A stretch of DNA of 64,000 nucleotides from Anolis carolinensis. Its lineage: Eukaryota. Shown here piece after piece: positions 51,701-62,445 of this stretch. Both the position numbers and the translations under genes were made by a program. The stretch is from NCBI RefSeq assembly GCF_035594765.1, contig NC_085846.1, positions 20,385,190-20,449,189 on the forward strand, in the 5' to 3' direction. Under the pieces are notes generated by a model, which was not told the DNA's origin, did no database searches, and saw only the letters and a list, made by a program, of their open reading frames with translations. Position 1 is the stretch's first letter. Each line of letters starts with the position of its first letter.

Positions 51701-52996
51701 TATTCTTATTGATATTTCCCCACATTACCTAGTAGAGACCATAAAGCCTTCAAGACCATCTACATCAGCTGATAGAAGAAAATGTTGGAATTTCACACAA
51801 CCACAAAGAAATCTATCTTTTATCTATTTAAATAGTTATGTTCTAGGCTTGAGCGATCCATGAAAAAAATGTTTCTAAACTCGCTTCAAAAGTAGGGGGC
51901 GCTGACGCTTCGTTTCTGAAACTACTTCCAAAATTTGGCACAAAAAAGTTTCAAAACTTAAGAATATTCGGAATATTCAAAATTAATTCGTTAATGGCGG
52001 ACACGCATGCACAGTGGCCAAAAACAGCAGGGGGGGACTTTACAGGACTCTCCCGCCCTCATTTTTGAGCTATCCTCTTCAAATTTGGTACAGCGGTAGA
52101 ACACAGTTAACACTGCTAGCTCACAAAAATTCAGAATGTTTCCTTTATCCTCTGATTTTTAGCAAATTTTCATATCTTTTATAATAAAACCATTTTTAAT
52201 AATTGCAGAAATCTGTTCCTGGTTTGAAAGTCTTATTTCCAGTTTCATTGGGTTGTCTTTACTTTGAAAGTCATTGTTCTACTACAGAAACTTTGTTTTT
52301 GTGGCTGAAACTTTGTTAAATTGGTGGACAGTGTCCCAGGAAACCATATGTGCTATAGCACCATGTCCCTTGTGCAAAGACAAAGTTCAGATTATATGCA
52401 GTGGGGATATATATTATCCTCCTTATCCTTCCCCTCCTCCTCTTCTTCCTCCTCCTCCTTCTTTTGGAGGAGGTTTGCAAAGCTTTGGAGAACTTTTGTG
52501 CAAAAGAGGGAGAGAGAAAGGGAAGCCAAGGGAAACTTCTTCTCCTTTTCCCCCTCCTCCTCCTTCCTTCCTCCTTTATCCCAGATTATATGCAGTGGGT
52601 GCTCATATAATCCAGTTTAAATCAGATAATCTGGAATCAGATCCTGGGATATAAGGCAGTGCAGATCTTCAGCGCTTTATACCAAGATCTGATCCCAGAT
52701 TATCTGCTTTGAACTGGATTATATGTCCACACTGCCAGATAATCTGGTATAAAATAATCTAGGAGTAGATTTCTTCTGATGGGGCTTAGTCTGCTTCTAA
52801 CCAGGAGAGGAGGGAACTCTCTCAGGACAGGGGCTTATGTCACATACACACAAATATAGAGCAAAATTTAAAAGGAAAAAAACATAGATTTAAAATGCAA
52901 CCTTTTCTCTTCCCAGAATGAGACTATTAATATTATATATATACGAGGGTTATCCAGAAAGTTCATTACATTTTGGAATTAAAAATAAACAAAGTA

Positions 52997-53319
52997 CAGT
53001 AGAGTCTCACTTATCCAACACTCGCTTATCCAACATTTTGGATTATCCAACGCATTTTTGTAGTCAATGTTTTCAATATATCATGATATTTTGGTGCTAA
53101 ATTTGTAAATACAGTAATTACTACATAGTATTACTGCGTATTGAACTACTTTTTCTGTCAAATTTGTTGTATAACATGATGTTTTGGTGCTTAATTTGTA
53201 AAATCATAACCTAATTTGGTGTTTAATAGGCTTCTCCTTAATCTCTCCTTATTATCCAACATATTCGCTTATCCAACGTTCTGCCGGCCCGTTTATGTTG
53301 CATAAGTGAGACTCTACTG
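52997..53319. mobile_element. Tc1/mariner MITE nested in the composite hAT
   Basis: TIR CAGTAGAGTCTCACTTAT with TA TSD. Confidence 0.88.
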
Positions 53320-53494
53320 TATAGAAGAAAACATTTACCATATTCAGTTGAAAGCCAGACCCAAATACCAGTTCTCACCATAGTCCCCATTGAAATCTAG
53401 GCAGTTATCATAGCGATAAAAGTGTTTGGAAAGCCCCCCCCCAACCCAACATTCCCACCTGGCTTGCATCCTGAACCAGGCTGGCTTCCCTTCC

Positions 53495-53708
53495 CTCAGC
53501 TGTACATGTGCTGTGCTCAACTTTCCCCACGATCTTCCTGGATTGCTCTTCTGTTTTGCAAATGCTTGCAAGGAAGGTTTTTTGGGACAGGAAAGGTGTA
53601 CTTCTTGCAAAACCTTAGAAGAGCGCCTTCCTTGCAAGCATTTACAAAACAAAAGAGCAATCCAGGAAGATCGTGGGGAAAGCTGAGCGCAGCACATGCG
53701 CAGCTGAG
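53495..53708. repeat. long inverted repeat (83-bp arms, 48-bp spacer)
   Basis: Arms at 53495-53577 and 53626-53708 with 6 mismatches. Confidence 0.9.
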
Positions 53709-54455
53709 AGAATGGAAGGATGGATGGATCTCCCCTCCTTTTCCCCCTTTCCTCACTTAAAGCTTCTGGCAAAAGCAGGAGGGAAGGCTGCGAAGGAGAA
53801 GAGCGGAGATCCTGCAATGCGACTCCCTCCTCTTGCAACCTGGTTTAAGCAACCACTCCAGGATAGGGAAAGGGGAAAGGGATTTCTCTCTTGCAACCCA
53901 GTTTAAGAGGCCCATAGAAAGCAACCATGGGGAAAGACAAACAAGACTCCCTCCCTTCTGCGATAGGCCGCAGGGAGGCAAGGCAAACCCAGGCTAGTCT
54001 GCACCTCCCTCAAACCAAGTTTGGGTGATTAGAAAATGCTCTTGCTTTGCTTCCGACAACATCTGAATCCATTAGAAAAATAGGCTATCGTGGTTCGATA
54101 CCGTGGGATACAAATGACTAGATAACCTGCTTCAAAAGTCGCTTCAAAAGCTACAAAACAAACAAATTAGATCCGACATACGCAGGAATCAAATTTTTTG
54201 CCCAACCCTATTATATTCCTCCCTTACTCTCTTTCCCATTAATTCGAGCCGCTGTCTTTTGTCTATCTCTCTGTGTCTCTCCTTCTTTCTCTCTCTTCCT
54301 CTCATCCCTTCTGGGTCACCATGGGTTCCTTTGCCTTGCCTTGCCTTGCCTTGCTCTTCAGCTTCATCAACCTCATCATGTCCCTTTCAATATGGCGGCT
54401 TTGGAAGACATTTGTTCTACCTTGTTTCTATTGCCAGAGAACTGAAGAACTGCTG

Positions 54456-54970
54456 TGTCCAATTTTGGGCACCGCAGATGAAGGGAGATGTTGACAAGCT
54501 GGAAAGCGTCCAGAGGAGGGCGACTAAAATGATTGAGGGTCTGGAGAACAAGCCCTATGAGGAGAGGCTTAAAGAGCTGGGCATGTTTAGCCTGCAGAAG
54601 AGAAGGCTGAGAGGAGACATGATAGCCAATCCATGTACAAATATGTGAGGGGAAGTCATAGGGAGGAGGGAGCAAGCTTATTTTCTGCTGCTCTGCAGAC
54701 TAGGACACAGAACAATGGCTTCAAACTACAGGAAAGGAGATTCCACCTGAACATCAGGAAGAACTTCCTCACTGTGAGGGCTGTTCGGCAGTGGAACTCT
54801 CTCCCCCGGACTGTGGTGGAGGCTCCTTCTTTGGAGGCTTTTAAGCAGAGGCTGGATGGCCATCTGTCGGGGGTGCCTTGAATGCGATTTCCTGCTTCAT
54901 AGCGGGGGGTTGGACTAGATGGCCCATGAGGTCTCTTCCAACTCTACTATTCTATGATTCTATGATTCTA
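54456..54970 (+). mobile_element. 5'-truncated CR1 LINE
   Basis: CVQFWAP...[12 protein letters not shown]...RAVRQWNSLP; (ATTCTATG)n tail; 5-bp TSD tgctg; empty site at ~24607; 5-nt frameshifting insertion. Confidence 0.93.
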
Positions 54971-55148
54971 TGCTGGGCATATTTGAATTATGTAATAGAT
55001 ATCAACATCTATCATATACATTCTCATGACTTAGAGGTGCACAACATAAATAGCTTTCAATATATCTGTTGTAATGTAGTATACAGCATCCCCTCCTAAT
55101 CAATTACTATGCTTTGTAATTACATCAAACTCAAATAGGAAAAAGTTA

Positions 55149-55521
55149 CCGTATATATGCAAGTATAAGCCCCCTTTTAGAACTGAAAAAGCCCGTCTTG
55201 GCTTATGCTAGAGTGAGGGTCCTGGCCGGCTTATATTTGAATTGGCTTATACTTGAGTATATAGGTAATTAGAGTTGGACAGTCTTATCTTATTAAAGTC
55301 TTATTATTATCTTACCTTTCAGTTTTATGTAAATATTCAAACCTGCTGATGCCTCAATTAATGTAATTTTATTGTTATCTATTTTTCTTTTTGAAATTTA
55401 CCAGTAGCTGCTGCATTTCCCACCTTGGTCTTATACTCAAGTTAGTAAGTTTTCCCATTTTTGTGGTAAAATTAGGTGCCTCTGCTTATATTTGGGTCAG
55501 CTTATACTTGAGTATATATGG
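55149..55521. mobile_element. Tc2/pogo-like MITE
   Basis: Ends CCGTATATA.../...TATATATGG with TA TSD; empty site at ~24732. Confidence 0.75.
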
Positions 55522-57344
55522 TATAATCCTTTGTTGGTTTACAGTTATACTATGAGGCTACAGGTATTTTTCTGTGACAGGATTGGATAAAGTATATTAA
55601 AAGCTTTCAGTGAAATGTGACAGAAATATTTTTGCAATAATGAGAGATATAAAAAGGCAACCCTGTCAATTTTCACTGTATCTATGGCAATGTTTGTGTG
55701 TTCAGTTGTAGACCCCAGTAGGTAGATCAGAGATGCCAAAGTTCAGTTCATTGGCTAATAGACGTTATTTTGTAAGCAGTATAATGCTGAGTCTTATAAA
55801 TGCACAAGTAAATGTGTATGTGTACACATGTGTGTATTTGTGTGGGGATGTGTGCACAATTCATCTTTACTAAAGCTGTCCACTCTCTCAAGTTTTGAAT
55901 CTCACTGAGATTAATCATTACCCTTTGGTTTATCTAATACTAAACATATTGTATACTTTAAACATTCTGGTTTAGCACTTTATGTAGTTCCTGAACCCAG
56001 ACTGGAGTCATCCACTGATGCTGGAGCCACCAATCATTCAGGACTTCTATGTTATTTGAAACATTTTACCATTCCATAAACGTGAAATCTCTTGAATATA
56101 CTACTCCCCATGTCTTCAAGCTGTGTTTTATGCCTTACTTCCATGTTTGTTCATTTGCCTAGCCTTCATGACCAAATCTGTTAATTTCTATCTTTGTTCC
56201 ATGCTGAAATATATATGAAATATCATTTTTTTCACCAGTTCCTTGATTAACATTTTATTAGAACTACAAATGTTGATCCTCATTGTTCCTCTATGAATCC
56301 AAAGGAGAGAGACCTCTTAACTGTAGGCAGCAGATTGGTCAATGGAAAGTGCTACTCTAGCTCTACACAATTTCTGATCCATGTATACATCCTAACAAAA
56401 TTCTTGTTTTGATGCTGATAGAGCATAAACCTCCCTCAAGGTGAGATGGCTGCATCATCTCAGTTTGAAGGCACCAGGGTGCATCTCCCACAACTAATCA
56501 GTCATCATGGGTCAACAGGGCTAGGAAGTTCCATGTGTCACTCCATCTGTGCACTTTCTTTGCCATCCTTGATTTTGTGTGACTTGTTTATTAAAGTCCT
56601 AGGCACCTCATTCCATAATAATGGCAAAATAATATATGATGGCGTAAATGGAATTTATGCCTGCATATATATAATCAACTGAGGTCCAGCTGCTAATCTG
56701 GAAAACATTAATTTAGTGTAAACTTTTTTAAAGGTTGCTGGTGAAAAACATTTAACTGAGATGATAAAGGCAAGGGTCAAGATCCTACAACTTGACAGCA
56801 CAGCATTTTACCATTTATGGGGTTAAGTGGAGGTTGCGCCATTTCACAGTTAGGCTCTCATTGAATGGAAGTTGTACCTTCATGCATTCTTAGAGATGAT
56901 TGCACATTTCATTTGTGCACTGAAAAATACTGTGATAACTGTAATGGAAATTGCTACTTGTACAATGGCCATGCTCTTCAACTAGGCCTGTGCAGCCTTG
57001 ATCTGCATGCAACCAGTGTTCAACTGACAAGGAAATCACTCAGATGGCATTTGTGAGTGCATACTATGTTCTGATGACAATTACTTATCATGGCTTTTTC
57101 TCATTGCAACCCCGGATTGAAACTGCTTGATTAGTTCATTGTTATTTTCATTGTTCTATTAATTTTGAATGCTTTGGTATAATAAAGGATATGTATTCAA
57201 TGTATGCCTTTTTAATCTTTTGAATGTTCTTTCCTCTGTTTTAATCAGAAATATTTGACATGCTTATTAGCTGTTAAATTTTGTTATAAACATGGAAGAA
57301 AACACCTTAGATGGGAGGGGGAATTGAAGCAATGATTTGTGATC

Positions 57345-57626
57345 TGGTGAGTCAGGCTCATGGGAATAAAATCTCAAGAAACCAATATAGCCTTAAATGA
57401 TGCTTTTTCCTGGCACTTGGCTATCATTTTGTGGCAACTATGAGTCTGTGCTATCTTTATACATGATACTACTCTTGAATAGATTGTTCACATGTCATGT
57501 GGTTCAAAATGAGAAGGAGAAGATGAATAATTGCACCTACCAATGTCTCCATGAATGCTGGAGGAGATGCTGAATTTAACAATAACAATTACTTGCTTAA
57601 ATTCATTTAAATGTGTTTGGGTAAGT
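57345..57626 (+). promoter_or_regulatory. putative promoter and 5' exon of OR 59351
   Basis: GCTCATGGGA-ataaaa-TCTCAAGAAA, CCTTAAAT (57391) and donor GTAAGT (57621). Confidence 0.45.
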
Positions 57627-59350
57627 TTGATTTTGTTGTATTCTAGAGTGTTCTGTCCTTTGCTACATTCTGTTTGTCTATCTGATTATTTTTCAATCCA
57701 TCCACCCTTCCATATCTATTGTTCCATGCTTTTCCTTATCTATTATAAGGAAAAGTAATCTATTATATCCCTCTTATAGTGGCACAAGTAGAATAACACT
57801 AGATTTTGTTTTTCTATTTGCTAAGGTATTTTCACATGAACTCCATTTGGTATTTTCTAAACCAAAACCATATAGATATCATTGTAACCAGACAATTTCC
57901 ATATAAATAACTGTCCATTTAGTGGGGCAATGTATATATTGTCTGATAACGGAAGAATGAGAATAAATCAGATTGTCACTCATCTCACCTTTCTTTAGTG
58001 TAATGGTTATGTAACTTTGGGCAAATACTTCTAGTAGCCTACTGAACAATGAACTAGATAGTTATCCAGTTCTAACATTGGCACTAGCTATCTGTTGATC
58101 TACAAACAGTACAAATACACATTAGATTAGTATCACTCATACACTGTTGAAGGTAGGTTGGCAGCATGAAATTTGCCAACTTAAAGCACCAAAGTGCTTA
58201 GTGAGTCCCCTCCTTTAATATTAAACTTATGGCAGAAGGTATTGGGAAGAAAAAAAACCAGCTGCCTCTTTTGTGTCCAAGAAAACCAGATGATATCCTT
58301 AAATATAGAGGTGATTTCAAGGCACATAGACATACAATCCAGTATTGTCATCTTCAGGAACGCAAACAGTAGTTCTTTGTCATATGCATAAAGTCAACAG
58401 AAACAGAAATCTAAAATCGGTCAGTATCACGTATGCAACTATTTAGAAAGAAGGGAAGGGGTATGTGAGTCTTGTAGTTTTTTAAATATTCAAATTATTT
58501 CAGACTGTGCATGTAGTAATTTGTTACACAAAATTTCTTCAGATTTCATGGGTGACTACACTGACTCATACAGTCTTTGTTTTGTGACTTATATTTTATC
58601 AAATCAGTGTTAATCCCTGAAAGCTGAAGGTAAATAGAGAGCCCATACTAAAATCTAAATAATATCATAAAAACTGATTTAACTACTGAGAGTCTGTTTT
58701 TTTGGAGAAAAGGAATTTTTTTTAAAAAATAGACCAATTTTGCCTTCTCCCATTAATACCGAAGAGCAAAGCATAAGCAACCTCTTCTATTATTGTATTG
58801 GAAATACAGACTTTGAGAACAGAGTTGATGTATCAACGCCACCCTATTCATTGCCTGTGTATATGTTAAGACATGTAACTGCGGCACATAAAACCATTAT
58901 GAACTGAACTTCAGAAAATGTTGATATGTCATCAATATGCTGATATCATAAGCCATTTCTCTTAATTTCTTCAGAAACACAAATGGCTGGGAATTGATGG
59001 GCTAAATAAGATATAAATTAAATGGACATTAAAACTTATATATAATAATGTAGCTAGAGATTTCTTAGATGTAAATATGAGAGTGATGTCTGTTCACTTT
59101 ATGGCTGCAGTCCATCTGTAATCTTTGTTCCTATTGGATGTGGTTGCTATGGGAATTATTCTACACAGGACTATTGCAATAACATTTCTCAGAAAAAAGC
59201 ATGAAAAATTATTTCCCAAATAATGTAGAAAAACTTCACTATTGAAGAAAAAAAGAGTTGATTAAAACTAAAATGGCTGATATTCCAAAGTGTAGTTTAA
59301 TTATTTTTTAATCCTCATCTTACAGGAAATATGAAGATATTGAAAACAGC

Positions 59351-60298
59351 ATGAATAACTTTACTTCTACATCCTCTTTGCTGTTACTGGAATTCTCAGA
59401 TATGAGAGAATTACAAATCTTATCCTTTTTTGTCTTTCTAGCATTCTACCTGATTGCATTAATAGGTAACCTTCTCATTGTCACTGTCGTTGCAGTTGAT
59501 TCCCACCTTCACACTCCTATGTATTATTTCCTCTTTAATTTGGCCATGTCGGATATTGGATCAATTTCTGTTATGGTGCCCAAGGCTATGACAATGTCCC
59601 TTAAGAATGATAGGTCAATTACTTATGCCGGCTGTGTTGCTCAGGTGTTCTTTTACGTTTTCTTTGCAACCTCAGGTTATAGTGTCCTAACTATTATGGC
59701 TCATGATCGCTATGTTGCAATCTGCCACCCTCTCCACTATGAGAGAATCATGCACAAAGCAGCTTGCCTAAAGATGGTAGCCATTGGGATGACTTCTAGT
59801 CTTATTTATGCCATATTACACACCTGTGGCACCTTTGCAAATACTTTCTGTTCCAATATTGTCAATCAGTTCTTCTGTGAAATTCCACAGTTAATAAAGC
59901 TGTCCTGCTCAGGCCTTTCTTTAATGGAAACTGGGGTTTTTATTCTGTCATTTAGTATAGCATTAGGGTGCCTTATCTTCATCATCAGATCATATGTAAA
60001 GGTCTTTGCTGCTGTGCTTAGAATTCCTTCTTCACAAGGTCAGAAGAAAGCCCTCTCCACTTGTGTTCCCCACCTCACAGTTGTCACAATGTTTATAGTC
60101 AGTGGGGTCCTTGTCTATGCAAGGTCTACTGCTGACTCTTCTAATTTGGATATAGTTTTGGCCATGATATATACCATAATTCCTCCCATGTCAAATCCAT
60201 TCATCTATAGTGTTAGAAACAAAGAGGTCAAGACTGCTTTACAAAACCTGTTACATGTTGCAATTTCCTATAAAAATATATTTAAAGTAGTTAATTGA
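59351..60298 (+). CDS. olfactory receptor, family 14-like, subtype B; intact, 315 aa
   Basis: Same OR motifs as 43714; acceptor AG at 59324-59325. Confidence 0.93.
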   Translation: MNNFTSTSSLLLLEFSDMRELQILSFFVFLAFYLIALIGNLLIVTVVAVDSHLHTPMYYFLFNLAMSDIGSISVMVPKAMTMSLKNDRSITYAGCVAQVFFYVFFATSGYSVLTIMAHDRYVAICHPLHYERIMHKAACLKMVAIGMTSSLIYAILHTCGTFANTFCSNIVNQFFCEIPQLIKLSCSGLSLMETGVFILSFSIALGCLIFIIRSYVKVFAAVLRIPSSQGQKKALSTCVPHLTVVTMFIVSGVLVYARSTADSSNLDIVLAMIYTIIPPMSNPFIYSVRNKEVKTALQNLLHVAISYKNIFKVVN

Positions 60299-61424
60299 GA
60301 ATTGAGTTGTACGATCTTTCAAATGTTAATATTTTTCTCTGACAGTTTAACTCTACACCTCATATATTGTTGAAGGATTTCATGGCTGGAATTATAATAT
60401 GTATTTTATGGAAATATGTTTTGATATGTGTATTCCATTGAGTGTTTTTAAATGATCATGTGTTTTGATTATGTGTCTTAGCAATGTTGTAACCTGCTTT
60501 GAGCTGTGAGGAGAGGCAGGTAAATAAAAGTATTATTACTATTATTATTAATTTAAATATTTGTACATCCTCAGTATATGGACTAATAATTAAACTGAAA
60601 TTTATAAAACCTATATGATTTTTTTAAATTGTGAAATGGCATTTTAGTTTCAACATTAAATGTTGCACCCTAGCACTGAGACACCCTTTCACCCAGTCCA
60701 GTGATCCAGTAATAAAATGTTTATTAAAGCAAGTATATAAAAAAGGGGGAAAAATTTCAAATCCAAAAGAGACAGTCAGAATATAAAATGAAATACACAA
60801 AATAAGCCAAAGTTCAGTAGCAGGAGTCCAAAAATGCCAGAGTAACACCCAAAATCCAGGAGTACAAGAATACAGAAGCAATCCAAGGTATTTCTATGAA
60901 CATGAACACAGGAACCTCTCCAAGGTAAATTCTCCAAAGGTATATAAGTGTAGACAGGAACATTTAACAAGAAACTTGACAATACAGGAACCAGCATCTT
61001 GGTAACATGAACAGGAGACCAAATCCCCAATAGCAATATTGTTTCCTCTGAGAACCTTGAAGCCAAACCATTTAATTTAAGCTTGTCCAGGCACCTATGA
61101 CATCATGCCTAACACACCTGGACTTCAAGATCTTATTGCAAACCCACTGGGGATATCTAATTTGCCTGATTTTCACACCATGCATTCTCAAGTTTGATCT
61201 ATACTCCCTTGAAACCTCCCCATCTTCCCAAGGTTATTTCTCAAGTGTTGTTTCTCTACTAATGCTATACCATCAAACCCAAGGTAAACTGTACAGCTCC
61301 CTTCCACTCTCTGGCTACAACACAATAGTTTACAAGTTGGTGAAGTACAAAAAGTGTATGACAACCTATTCATATACTCTGTTTTGGTTAGATGCACTAC
61401 ATCAGGTATCAATAGGGACCACAG

Positions 61425-61586
61425 GAGGTCTCTGTAGATAAAAGTTTCCCAAATTCAAGTCTTTCAGGTGTTTGGACTTCAGTTCCCATAAGCTTCAGCT
61501 GCTCTGGCCAATTATGGATTCTGGGAGCTGAAGTCAAAAACACTTAGAAGGACACACTTTGGGAAACAGTTATCTACAGAGACCTC
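61425..61586. mobile_element. small foldback MITE with 29-bp inverted ends
   Basis: gaggtctctgtagataaaagtttcccaaa / tttgggaaacagttatctacagagacctc; internal palindrome. Confidence 0.6.
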
Positions 61587-61973
61587 ATGTCACATATTTC
61601 CTGGCAGCCTTGCAGGAAATCGTTGTCAAGAGATCATTACATTGTGCATTTCCACAACATCGTCTCAAATCGATTTTCAGTTGAAAAATAGAAAAAATAA
61701 AGCGGAGCTTTCCCCCTTACTATACAGCTACAGCATTATGATTTCCACTTTAACTACCATGACATTGTCCTGCCTTGAGTCCCCTCAAGTGAGAAAGGTG
61801 GGGTAAAAATGTCGTAAATAAATAAATAAATAAATAAATAAATCTACAGCTGAGGGAAGTGCATTTAGTATTCCTGGGCATCATTTACACTGGCATACAA
61901 TGCAGTTTCATAATGCAGTTTAACTGTATTTAACTGCATTATATAGCAGTATAGACGCATATAATGACATTAA

Positions 61974-62445
61974 ATGTTGACAAGCTGGAAAGCATCCAGA
62001 GGAGGGCGACTAAAATGATTGAGGGTCTGGAGAACAAGCCCTATGAGGAGAGGCTTAAAGAGCTGGGCATGTTTAGCCTGCAGAAGAGAAGGCTGAGAGG
62101 AGACATGATAGCCATGTACAAATACGTGAGGGGAAGTCATAGGGAGGAGGGAGCAAGCTTATTTTCTGCTGCTCTGCAGACTAGGACACGGAACAATGGC
62201 TTCAAACTACAGGAAAGGAGATTCCACCTGAACATCAGGAAGAACTTCCTCACTGTGAGGGCTGTTCGGCAGTGGAACTGTCTCCCCCAGACTGTGGTGG
62301 AGGCTCCTTCTTTGGAAGCTTTTAAGCAGAGGCTGGATGGCCATCTGTCGGGGGTGCTTTGAATGCGATTTCCTGCTTCATAGCGGGGGGTTGGACTGGA
62401 TGGCCCATGAGGTCTCTTCCAACTCTACTATTCTATGATTCTATG
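61974..62445 (+). mobile_element. 5'-truncated CR1 LINE nested in a palindromic MITE (~61876-62490)
   Basis: Open ORF2 end ...FKQRLDGHL and (ATTCTATG)n tail; near-identical to 54488-54970. Confidence 0.93.

Larger units (their letters stand above)
51844..54210. mobile_element. composite non-autonomous hAT element (TAGG termini)
   Basis: Ends TAGGCTTGAGCGA / TTGCCCAACCCTA; 8-bp TSD ttatgttc/ttatattc; empty site in the paralog at ~24378. Confidence 0.8.

Noticed and set aside
53344-53838. Mirror-image ORFs on both strands
   Set aside because: A consequence of the inverted repeat inside a transposon
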